This document shows, one piece after another, positions 48,574 to 57,044 of a stretch of DNA of 64,000 nt. The notes below the pieces were generated by a model, which worked only from the letters and a program-made list of their open reading frames with translations, searched no databases and had not been told where the DNA came from. Position 1 is the first letter of the stretch. The number at the start of each line of letters is the position of its first letter. Origin of the DNA: Gammaproteobacteria bacterium (GTDB lineage: Bacteria > Pseudomonadota > Gammaproteobacteria > UBA4575); the NCBI GenBank assembly GCA_965214675.1, contig OZ243969.1, forward strand, positions 47,249-111,248, given 5' to 3'. A program made the position numbers and the translations under genes.

Positions 48574-49752
48574 TTATGAGGCTTCAACGACGCGGTTGCG
48601 TTCTGCTACAACTTTTTCTGCAGCTTCAGATAACGTGTCTGCAGTGATGACGGGGTAGCCACTGTCTTTGAGCATCTGCATACCTTTTTCAACATTCGTT
48701 CCCGAAAGACGCACTACTACAGGGGTTCTTACATCGAGTTTGCCGAATGCCTGTATTACGCCCTCTGCAATCCAGTCACAGCGGTTAATACCTGCAAATA
48801 TGTTGACCAGCATTGCTTTTACTTTTTCATCATCCAGGACAAGCTTGAACGCCTTGGTGACCCGATCCGGTGATGCGCCGCCCCCAATATCCAGAAAGTT
48901 GGCTGGCTCGCCACCTTTGTGCTTGATCATGTCCATGGTTGCCATGGCCAATCCTGCACCATTGATCATGCAGCCAATGTCTCCATCCAGGCCCACATAG
49001 CTCAGACCTCTGTCAGATGCCGCAGTTTCACGCGAGTCTTCCTGGGACTTGTCCCGCAACTCTGAGATCTTCGGTCTGCGAAAGAGGGCGTTATCATCAA
49101 AGCTCATCTTGGAATCCAGTGCCAAGATGTGATTGTCCTTGGTAACGACCAGGGGGTTGATTTCCACCAGGGTGGCATCAAGTTCACGAAAGGCACTGTA
49201 AGCGCCCTCGATACAATGCACTGCCTGGCTGATCATCTCAGGATGAATGTTGAGAGCAAAAGCAAGCTCCCTGGCCTGAAAATCCCGCAAGCCCACTGCG
49301 GGTTCAACTTCCAGTCTGAAAATGGTTTCCGGCTTCGTGGCAGCCACTTCTTCAATATCCATACCACCTTCTGAAGAGGTAACTATGACGACCCGCTGCT
49401 TGTTCCGGTCCAGTACCAGGGCAAGATAAATTTCACGTTCTATGTCTGAAACCTGCTCGATATAGAGCCGGTATACTACTTTCCCACTCGGGCCGGTCTG
49501 ATGAGTCACCAGACGCTTGCCAAGTAATTCCTCAGCGGCGTTCCAGATCTCCTCGTCGTTCGAACAGACCTTGATCCCCCCGGCCTTACCTCGTGCACCG
49601 GAATGGATCTGTGCCTTGACCACCCACTGGTGTCCGCCTATTTCCTTGGCTCGGTAGACTGCTTGCTCCGGGCTGTATGCCAGCCCGCCAGGCGAGATCG
49701 CCACGCCAAATTCCGATAGTAATTCTTTCGCTTGATATTCATGAATATCCAC
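48574..49752 (-). CDS. mtkA: malate--CoA ligase (malate thiokinase) subunit alpha (SucC-like ATP-grasp subunit)
   Basis: It is very close to M. extorquens MtkA as I recall it ([55 protein letters not shown]). GGGAGGGA abuts the ATG at 49758, so the GTG at 49752 ([12 protein letters not shown]) is the better-spaced start. Confidence 0.87.
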   Translation of the reverse strand: MDIHEYQAKELLSEFGVAISPGGLAYSPEQAVYRAKEIGGHQWVVKAQIHSGARGKAGGIKVCSNDEEIWNAAEELLGKRLVTHQTGPSGKVVYRLYIEQVSDIEREIYLALVLDRNKQRVVIVTSSEGGMDIEEVAATKPETIFRLEVEPAVGLRDFQARELAFALNIHPEMISQAVHCIEGAYSAFRELDATLVEINPLVVTKDNHILALDSKMSFDDNALFRRPKISELRDKSQEDSRETAASDRGLSYVGLDGDIGCMINGAGLAMATMDMIKHKGGEPANFLDIGGGASPDRVTKAFKLVLDDEKVKAMLVNIFAGINRCDWIAEGVIQAFGKLDVRTPVVVRLSGTNVEKGMQMLKDSGYPVITADTLSEAAEKVVAERNRVVEAS

Positions 49753-49928
49753 TAGCATTCCCTCCCGAGAATAATAATTCGTTTTTGCCGTGATGCCTGT
49801 CTAGAGCAGTTATCAGGCTCAAGCCCCGCAGCCAAATCAGGTCTTGCTCCCCATCGCATTGATGGGTTGATCTCCAAATCCTGGGAGATTGACACAGCAC
49901 CTGGACAAACGGAAAAACTGCTAAGTCT

Positions 49929-50870
49929 TTAAGACTTGGCAGCAATGGCTTCCGCAGCGCGCACAATATTTTCAGCCATACGCGCAGATGCTGCATCGAT
50001 CATTTTGCCATCGAGTGAGGCAGCACCTTTGCCCTCTTTGGCAGCCTTTTCCAGTTCTTCAAGAATCCTTTTGGCCTTGTTCGTCTCAGCTTCAGGCGGT
50101 GTAAAGACTTCATTTGCCAGGTCAATCTGCTTGGGATGAATGGCCCACTTGCCCTCACACCCCAGCGCAGCAGCACGTCGCGCGGCCAGAAGATACCCAT
50201 CAGGATCATCGAAATCACCGAATGGTCCGTCAATCGGGCGAAGTCCATAGGCCCGGCAGGCGACTGTCATACGCGAGATTGCAGCATGCCATTGATCACC
50301 AGGATAATCAGGATTCAAGCCGCCAATATTGACAGTACGTGCACGGTTGCTTGCAGCATAATCGGCAACACCGAAATGCATGGCTTCCATACGCGTACTG
50401 GAAGTAGCAATGGCTTCAACGTTTGCCATACCCAAGGCGGTCTCGATAAGGGCTTCAAGACCAATTCGGTTTTCCAGCCCCTTGGCCTCCTCGATCTGGG
50501 TAACCATGGCATCGACCATATAGACATCACCGGTTGTCCCCACTTTAGGAATGAGTATGGTGTCAAGCTTGTTACCTGCCTGTTCAACTACATCCACCAC
50601 ATCGCGGTACATATAGTGTGTGTCCAACCCATTGATGCGCACAGAAACCGTTTTTCCGTGACCTTTCCAGTCAAACTCATTTAACGCGGCAATTACATTT
50701 TTTCGCGCCTGGACCTTGTCATCCGGCGCTACGGCATCCTCAAGGTCAAGGAATACATAATCTGCGTCACAGGTCAGTGCTTTTTCCAGCATCCTGGGAT
50801 TGGACCCGGGCACAGCAAGTTCACAACGCTGTAATCGCTGTCGGGCCGGTTTGTATTGAGTAAAGCTCAT
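49929..50870 (-). CDS. mclA: malyl-CoA lyase
   Basis: 313 aa. SELAVPGSNP..., FLDLEDAVAPDDK.QARKN.I.ALN, and RINGLDTHYMYRDVVD.VE match M. extorquens Mcl as I recall it (HpcH/CitE fold). Confidence 0.9.
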   Translation of the reverse strand: MSFTQYKPARQRLQRCELAVPGSNPRMLEKALTCDADYVFLDLEDAVAPDDKVQARKNVIAALNEFDWKGHGKTVSVRINGLDTHYMYRDVVDVVEQAGNKLDTILIPKVGTTGDVYMVDAMVTQIEEAKGLENRIGLEALIETALGMANVEAIATSSTRMEAMHFGVADYAASNRARTVNIGGLNPDYPGDQWHAAISRMTVACRAYGLRPIDGPFGDFDDPDGYLLAARRAAALGCEGKWAIHPKQIDLANEVFTPPEAETNKAKRILEELEKAAKEGKGAASLDGKMIDAASARMAENIVRAAEAIAAKS

Positions 50871-50880
50871 TTTGATTTCC

Positions 50881-52137
50881 TTATGATTTCTTCTTCATTT
50901 TGGTTCGTGCCTCACGAGGCGCCTTAGCTGAACCGAATTTTTTGATTTTTTTGGCAGTCTTGCGGTAGTACTCTCCGGCTGCGGCAACTCCGCTACCCGG
51001 TTTTACCTTCATGCCTGCATCCCGCATTGCCATTTCCACAGTGCCTAGGACCGCCATCATACGTGCTTCGTTGTTGTCTCCGAGATGCCCGATTCGGAAC
51101 ACCTTGCCGGCCACTTTGGACAACCCAGCGCCAAGAGAAATATTGTAGCGGTGATAGGCAATATGGATCACTTCAGCTGCGTTAACACTGGGAGGCACTT
51201 CAATTGCAGTCACAGTGTCAGAGTACCACTTGGGTGACTTCGCACAGGGTTTGAGCCCCCAGGCCCTGACTGCTTTGCGCACGCCTTCCGCCAGGCGGTG
51301 ATGACGCTTGAACACGTTTTCCAAACCCTCATCCATGAGCAAGTCAATTGACGCCCGCAGTCCCCGCAGCATGGGTACCGACGGAGTGTAGGGGAAGTAC
51401 CCGTCTTTGTTGGTATTGATATGATCCTGTATGTCAAGAAAACAACGTGCACACTGGGCCTGTTTCCGTGCTCTGAGTGCCTTTGGGCTGAATGCAACGA
51501 TGGCCATGCCTGCAGGCAACATGAATCCTTTTTGTGATCCACTGACAGCCACATCTACACCCCATTGATCCATGCGGAAATCAATGCTCGCAATTGAACT
51601 TACTCCATCGACCATCAGCATAGCCGGATGCTTGACAGCATCCAGGGCCCGGCGCAAACCAGCAATATCACTGGTCACACCGGTTGCAGTTTCGTTATGA
51701 CAAACTACCACTGCACGGATTCTGTGCTCTTTATCCGCAGCAAGGATGCGCTTGAATTTGGCAATCGGAACACCTTCGCCCCAAGGGGTTTCAACCAGAT
51801 CGACCTCCAGGCCAATCCGGCATGCAAGGTCATACCACAAGTGACTGAACTGACCAAAGCGTGTAGTGAGTATCTTGTCTCCGGGAGACATGGTATTGGC
51901 CAAGGCGACCTCCCAGCCGGCAGTACCTGTGGCTGGAAACAGAAAGCAGGTGCCCTTAGTGGTTTTGAAGATTTTTTTGCAGTCGCGTAGCAGGGGTTTG
52001 ACAAGTTCTGGAAAATCAGGCGCCCGGTGGTCCTCTTGAGGAACGATCATGGCGTTTTGCACGGCCTGGGGAATATGGGTCGGGCCTGGTGCAAACAGGT
52101 AATTTCGTCCAGGAAATGATAATTTTTCGCTAGGCAT
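50881..52137 (-). CDS. sgaA: serine--glyoxylate aminotransferase
   Basis: 418 aa, class V aminotransferase, with PLP-lysine in VAVSGSQKGFMLP. It heads the mcl-mtk-hpr genes. It has an unusual Lys-rich C-terminal tail. Confidence 0.87.
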   Translation of the reverse strand: MPSEKLSFPGRNYLFAPGPTHIPQAVQNAMIVPQEDHRAPDFPELVKPLLRDCKKIFKTTKGTCFLFPATGTAGWEVALANTMSPGDKILTTRFGQFSHLWYDLACRIGLEVDLVETPWGEGVPIAKFKRILAADKEHRIRAVVVCHNETATGVTSDIAGLRRALDAVKHPAMLMVDGVSSIASIDFRMDQWGVDVAVSGSQKGFMLPAGMAIVAFSPKALRARKQAQCARCFLDIQDHINTNKDGYFPYTPSVPMLRGLRASIDLLMDEGLENVFKRHHRLAEGVRKAVRAWGLKPCAKSPKWYSDTVTAIEVPPSVNAAEVIHIAYHRYNISLGAGLSKVAGKVFRIGHLGDNNEARMMAVLGTVEMAMRDAGMKVKPGSGVAAAGEYYRKTAKKIKKFGSAKAPREARTKMKKKS

Positions 52138-52400
52138 GATTAAAAATCCTTATTGTGAAATTTGATAAAATTCGTAAGCGCCTTGATTGTTGTTCCTGTT
52201 GTCAGAACAGATAATTCCGCATGCAAGAAGCTACTGTCCGAAAAACCCAGCATCTTGCCATAAGGACAGTGCCTGACTCAAGCAATTTGGGTAATTGATG
52301 GAAGGCTCAAACTTGAGTGGAGGCTGTCTCCAAAGCCTCCATAGGCCCTGTATGCAGAAAGTCAGGGCTCTGCAGGGTGTAGTACGTTCAAATCCCTGGA

Positions 52401-53318
52401 TTAAGGCTGCTTTTCAGGGTGCAGGAAGATAAAGCTTTTGCCCAGTCGCCCGCCATAGTTGCCAGCAGAAATCATGATCAAGCCCGGCGTGTCCACCGAA
52501 GCCCTGATGGCCGCCTGAGTGGCATCAATGATGGGCTGCATGCCTTGACCATTCATGATGATTTCCATTACTGAATGCACCCCTTCCGGGAGTCCTGCCT
52601 CGACATCCGGGTTATCCTGCAACAGCGGACAAAACTTCTCATAGGTGCTGGCAATAGTGAAGTCATAATTGCTGCCTGCCTTTGAGCCACTTCCCGCAAT
52701 TCCCCCCGGGAAGGTCGTGATGACACCGGGCAGGGGCAGAATAGCTTCAACACCCTTTTCCGCGGCTTCAAGCGCAGCGTCCACACTGTCTCCAAAGAAC
52801 CACAAATTGCCACCCATCAGGCCATCTGCATAACCGAGTCGACGATCCATAATGAATTCGCCTCCCAAGATCGGGATCCACCACATTTTTCTACCAAAGC
52901 GCTCAATGCGTCTTTGGTAACCGTTACCGAAATAGGCTACCTTGCGCCCCATGTGGTAGTAATCTTCTGAATCGATCAGGTTAAAGCACGAAGCCGTTGG
53001 GCAGGTGAGTACATTCTGGCTGATACGAACCAGCGCCGAACGCTCCAGTGCCTGGACCCGGTCCTTTCTGAAACGCGGTATATGCAGTTGTATGATTGCG
53101 CCCGGGCGCCCATCTGGCGTGACAAATGCCTCATCTCCGCCAGGCCCTACATAGCGGTCCATGCCTGCTTCACAGTCACAAAGGATCGAACTGGATGCAT
53201 TTCCAGTTACAGCATGTACGGCATGATCCAGCCACTTTCGGTCACGAGCGGTAATCAGGAATTCGGTATACAGACTCCTGAATGCTTCAGCGTACGTATC
53301 ATCGATATTAGCTGGCAT
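52401..53318 (-). CDS. ftr: formylmethanofuran--tetrahydromethanopterin N-formyltransferase (Ftr/FhcD family)
   Basis: 305 aa. IDDTYAEAF, TPDGRPG, YFG.G.Q, GGEF, FPGG...SGSK.GS.Y, VMEI...G and ISAGNYGG.LG all parallel FhcD/Ftr. Confidence 0.88.
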   Translation of the reverse strand: MPANIDDTYAEAFRSLYTEFLITARDRKWLDHAVHAVTGNASSSILCDCEAGMDRYVGPGGDEAFVTPDGRPGAIIQLHIPRFRKDRVQALERSALVRISQNVLTCPTASCFNLIDSEDYYHMGRKVAYFGNGYQRRIERFGRKMWWIPILGGEFIMDRRLGYADGLMGGNLWFFGDSVDAALEAAEKGVEAILPLPGVITTFPGGIAGSGSKAGSNYDFTIASTYEKFCPLLQDNPDVEAGLPEGVHSVMEIIMNGQGMQPIIDATQAAIRASVDTPGLIMISAGNYGGRLGKSFIFLHPEKQP

Positions 53319-53320
53319 GA

Positions 53321-53962
53321 CTAATCCCTTCCGATACCTTCATAAACTGCATCCTCGGTAATCACCTTATCCATGTAAACATCATGCGGGGCTACCAGGA
53401 CTTCATCAAACAGTTGTGACTCGTAGCACAGTGCAACCAGTGGGCAGTCCGGGCGTGCTTTTTCCAGCAAGCGATCATAATAGCCCTGTCCGTTCCCCAT
53501 GCGCCCGCCCTTACGGTCGAATCCCACTCCAGGTACCATGATGATATCAAGGTCTTCGGGTTCCACCTCTTTCTCGGGATTTCCCCACATTTCCCTGGGT
53601 GGTTCCAGAATGTTCCACTTGCCTACGATCATTTCTTCAAGGCTTTCCATCCACCAGAGTCCAAGCTTGTTTTCACCATGTTCATCTTCGGTGCAATAGG
53701 GCACGATAATTTTTTTCTCGCCCTTGGCCACCTCTTCCAGTAGCTGGGGTTTGGTGCGGGTCTCCGAGCGACAGTCAATGTACCACATCGCGATGTTTGC
53801 ACGTTGGTATTCAGGCAGGTCGATAAATTTCTGGCAGGCCTGGGCACTGATCTCATCCTTGTTTTCCTGCGCGTTCCGTCGATCATAGGCCTCACGGCGC
53901 ATCTTGTTTTTGCGCTCCATTACAGCTGCTAGTTCTTCGGGGGATAGTAAAGTGGCCATCAC
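53321..53962 (-). CDS. 5-formyltetrahydrofolate cyclo-ligase family protein
   Basis: 213 aa with the family core VPGVGFDRKGGRMGNGQGYYDRLL (E. coli YgfA has [23 protein letters not shown]). Its TAG stop lies 2 nt before the ftr ATG. Confidence 0.85.
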   Translation of the reverse strand: MMATLLSPEELAAVMERKNKMRREAYDRRNAQENKDEISAQACQKFIDLPEYQRANIAMWYIDCRSETRTKPQLLEEVAKGEKKIIVPYCTEDEHGENKLGLWWMESLEEMIVGKWNILEPPREMWGNPEKEVEPEDLDIIMVPGVGFDRKGGRMGNGQGYYDRLLEKARPDCPLVALCYESQLFDEVLVAPHDVYMDKVITEDAVYEGIGRD

Positions 53963-54060
53963 AACTCCTGAGATATAGTTCTAGTTATTTCGGGTACATA
54001 ATTTGCAACTGGCAGGGATTATCCTAAAGGATTTACTGTCTGCCTGACAATTTCGAATTT

Positions 54061-55743
54061 TCAGTCGGTGGTCGCCCCGTTGGAAGCCGAGCGCACCTGT
54101 CGTGCATATTTTGCTAATACGCCTTTCGTATATCGGGGTTTTGGAGGCCGCCACTTCTGTTTTCTTTGTGCCATCTCTTTTTTCGAAAGCCTGACATTTA
54201 TTTCGCGCTTATGGGCGTCTATGGTGATTACATCACCATTTTTCAAAAGCGCAATGGGTCCACCCACTGCAGCTTCTGGTGTGATGTGGCCGACCACAAA
54301 CCCATGACTGCCTCCCGAGAAGCGACCATCCGTAATCAGGGCGACATCTTTGCCCAGCCCCTTGCCCATGATGGCCGAAGTCGGGGATAGCATCTCACGC
54401 ATGCCCGGACCCCCTTTGGGTCCTTCATAACGGATTACCACGACATCCCCTTTCTTGACGCCGCCGTCCAGTATCCGTGCCAATGCCTTTTCCTCCGAGG
54501 GGAAAACGCGTGCTTTGCCGGTAAAACTCAAGCCTTCTTTCCCAGAGATTTTTGCCACTGCCCCTTCAGGGGCAAGGTTTCCGTAAAGAATCACGAGATG
54601 ACTATCCTTTTTGATCGGATCTGCAAAAGTGCGCACGATGTCCTGGGACTTCGGGTACGACTTGATGCCGCGCAAATTTTGCCGCAGGGTCTTGCCGGTG
54701 ACTGTCAGGCAGTCTCCATCCAACAGCCCCTTGCCCAACAGCATGCGCATGAGGGGCTGAATACCGCCTATCTCGATCAGTTCAGACATCATGTACCGGC
54801 CACTCGGCCTCAGATCGGCCAGCACGGGGACCTTCTTGCCAACGCGAGTGAAATCATCAAGGCTCAGCCGCACGCCGATGGCATGCGCCATCGCCAGCAG
54901 GTGCAGCACAGCATTGGTGGAGCCTCCCAATGCAATCACAACAGTGATCGCGTTCAGGAAAGCCTTCCTTGTCATTATGTCTTTGGGACAGATATTGTTT
55001 CTTACCAGGTGCATGACCGCTTTTCCCGCTTCGACGCAATCCAGCTGCTTGTCTTTGGAAATTGCATTTTGTGCTGAACTGTTCGGCAGGCTCATGCCCA
55101 GTGCCTCGATTGCACTCGCCATAGTGTTGGCTGTGTACATTCCACCACAGGAGCCGGCGCCAGGGATGGCCGAGGATTCCACCTTCTTGAGTTCACGCTC
55201 CGACAACTGACGTTTGGCATGCTGCCCCACGGCTTCGAATACCGAAACGACATCGACCTTTGTATTTTTGTATTGTCCTGGCTGGATGGTACCTCCATAG
55301 ACAAATATTGATGGGCGATTGAGGCGTGCCATTGCGATCAGACAACCGGGCATATTTTTGTCGCAGCCTCCAATGGCAACCATGCCATCGAATCCTTCGC
55401 ACCCCACGACGGTCTCAATGGAGTCTGCGATGACTTCCCGGGACACCAGGGAGTACTTCATGCCTTCCGTGCCCATGGAAATGCCGTCAGAGACAGTGAT
55501 CGTGTTGAACACGACAGCCTTGCCTCCCGCCTGATTGGCACCTTTTGCAGCCTTATCCGCAAGTGTATCGATGTGCATGTTGCAGGGCGTCACCCCACTC
55601 CATGTGGATGCGATGCCGATTTGCTCTTTTGAGAAATCAATGTCTCTGAAGCCGACAGCCCGGAGCATCGCGCGGCTCGGCGCGCGCTCTACGCCATCCA
55701 CAATAACGGAGGAATAATTTCGTGTTTGTCTGTTTTTGGCCAA
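54061..55743 (-). CDS. ilvD: dihydroxy-acid dehydratase
   Basis: 560 aa (short IlvD type) with APSRAMLRAVGF, GGCDKNMPG and TDGRFSGG motifs. It has a TTG start. Confidence 0.95.
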   Translation of the reverse strand: MAKNRQTRNYSSVIVDGVERAPSRAMLRAVGFRDIDFSKEQIGIASTWSGVTPCNMHIDTLADKAAKGANQAGGKAVVFNTITVSDGISMGTEGMKYSLVSREVIADSIETVVGCEGFDGMVAIGGCDKNMPGCLIAMARLNRPSIFVYGGTIQPGQYKNTKVDVVSVFEAVGQHAKRQLSERELKKVESSAIPGAGSCGGMYTANTMASAIEALGMSLPNSSAQNAISKDKQLDCVEAGKAVMHLVRNNICPKDIMTRKAFLNAITVVIALGGSTNAVLHLLAMAHAIGVRLSLDDFTRVGKKVPVLADLRPSGRYMMSELIEIGGIQPLMRMLLGKGLLDGDCLTVTGKTLRQNLRGIKSYPKSQDIVRTFADPIKKDSHLVILYGNLAPEGAVAKISGKEGLSFTGKARVFPSEEKALARILDGGVKKGDVVVIRYEGPKGGPGMREMLSPTSAIMGKGLGKDVALITDGRFSGGSHGFVVGHITPEAAVGGPIALLKNGDVITIDAHKREINVRLSKKEMAQRKQKWRPPKPRYTKGVLAKYARQVRSASNGATTD

Positions 55744-55949
55744 GCCGGTTCCCCACTGTACAAAGCCATCCGGACAGGATGGTATGGAAAGAAGTCCTGT
55801 ACCACGTGTTCGGTCAGCAGTTCAACCCTGCCTGCACGTGACGCATTTTTGTTTTTTATAGCGGTTACGTATCTGGATTGCAAAGTTTTGCGCGAGAATG
55901 TGCATCTGAATCTGCTGCTGTGGAAATACTTTCTGGATGAAAGTGCTGC

Positions 55950-57044
55950 CTAGGATTGCTTTCCCCGTGACAGGGCAGGTTCACGCGCAAAGACGACCAG
56001 ATGTTCCAGGTCGAACTTGATACCGATCGGTTCGCCAATCTGATGGTCATGATGGCTGGAAGCGTAACACAGCACGAAATTGCCACTCTGGAGGCGCAGC
56101 TTGTAAAGAAACTCGGCCCCGCGAAAGCGTTTTTCTTCCACCAGTGCAGTGATCGGGCTGCTGTCATCATGCGGGATATCATCCGGTCGTACCAGCAAAT
56201 CCACTTCCTCACCGGAGGCAAAAGAGGGATCCAGGTCCCCCTGAATTTCTCCAAACTCAGTGTTCAGCGTATGAGCATCCAGTACTTTTGCAGGAATCAT
56301 GCTGCCGAGCCCGATAAAATCTGCGACAAAACGGGTTTTGGGTCTGTGGTAAATGCTGTAAGCACTGTCCCACTGCTCCATCTGGCCCTTCACCATGACA
56401 CCAATCTCATCGGCCATGGCAAAGGCTTCATTCTGGTCATGGGTTACAAGTATTGCAGTTACATTCTCGTGCTTGAGGATCTTTCGCACGCCTGTAGCCA
56501 CCTGTTCACGCAGATCAGGGTCGAGGTTTGAGAAGGGTTCGTCGAGTAAAAGAATCTCGGGCCTTGGCGCAAGTGCCCGTGCCAATGCAACACGCTGCTG
56601 CTGCCCGGTAGACAACTGGTGCGGGTATTTGTCTCCCTTGTGTTCCAGTTCTGTCAGTTCAAGTACCTGGCGGGTACGGGCACGCTGCTCACCGGGACCC
56701 AGTGACTTGAGACCGAAGCCTATGTTTTGTTTGACGGTCAGGTGAGGGAACAGTGCAAGGTCCTGAAACATCATGCTGATATGCCTTTTCTCAGGGGACA
56801 AGGTGAACTGTGCCTTGCTGAAAAGCCTGGCATGGACATGAATCTCGCCACTGGATACAGGCTGAAAGCCGGCAAGCGCTCGAAGCAGTGTAGTTTTTCC
56901 GCAGCCGCTAGGCCCCAGAATGGAGGCAATGCAGCCTGGCTCGAGTTGAAAGGAAACGTTTTGTACGATGTCCTTGTTTTGCAGCTTTATGCCAACGTTG
57001 CGTACCTCAAGTCTGGGCGCCATGTATGACTCCACTTTGTACAA
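55950..57044 (-). CDS. fbpC: Fe(3+)-type ABC transporter ATP-binding protein
   Basis: 364 aa with Walker A GPSGCGKTT, signature LSTGQQQRV, Walker B LLLDEPFS and a C-terminal TOBE-like domain. The start may be the internal MAPRLEV (57023). Confidence 0.85.
   Translation of the reverse strand: MYKVESYMAPRLEVRNVGIKLQNKDIVQNVSFQLEPGCIASILGPSGCGKTTLLRALAGFQPVSSGEIHVHARLFSKAQFTLSPEKRHISMMFQDLALFPHLTVKQNIGFGLKSLGPGEQRARTRQVLELTELEHKGDKYPHQLSTGQQQRVALARALAPRPEILLLDEPFSNLDPDLREQVATGVRKILKHENVTAILVTHDQNEAFAMADEIGVMVKGQMEQWDSAYSIYHRPKTRFVADFIGLGSMIPAKVLDAHTLNTEFGEIQGDLDPSFASGEEVDLLVRPDDIPHDDSSPITALVEEKRFRGAEFLYKLRLQSGNFVLCYASSHHDHQIGEPIGIKFDLEHLVVFAREPALSRGKQS

Noticed and set aside
47667-49758. Annotating the SucC/SucD-like pair as succinyl-CoA synthetase
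   Set aside because: The large subunit matches long MtkA-specific stretches as I recall them from M. extorquens. The pair is embedded between mclA and hprA, and no sdh/suc (TCA) genes are adjacent. Phylogeny is still needed for certainty.
42890-53962. Calling the C1 block a horizontally acquired genomic island
   Set aside because: No integrase, transposase, tRNA or flanking direct repeats are visible. Housekeeping genes (argE, ilvD) abut it with coupling or short gaps.
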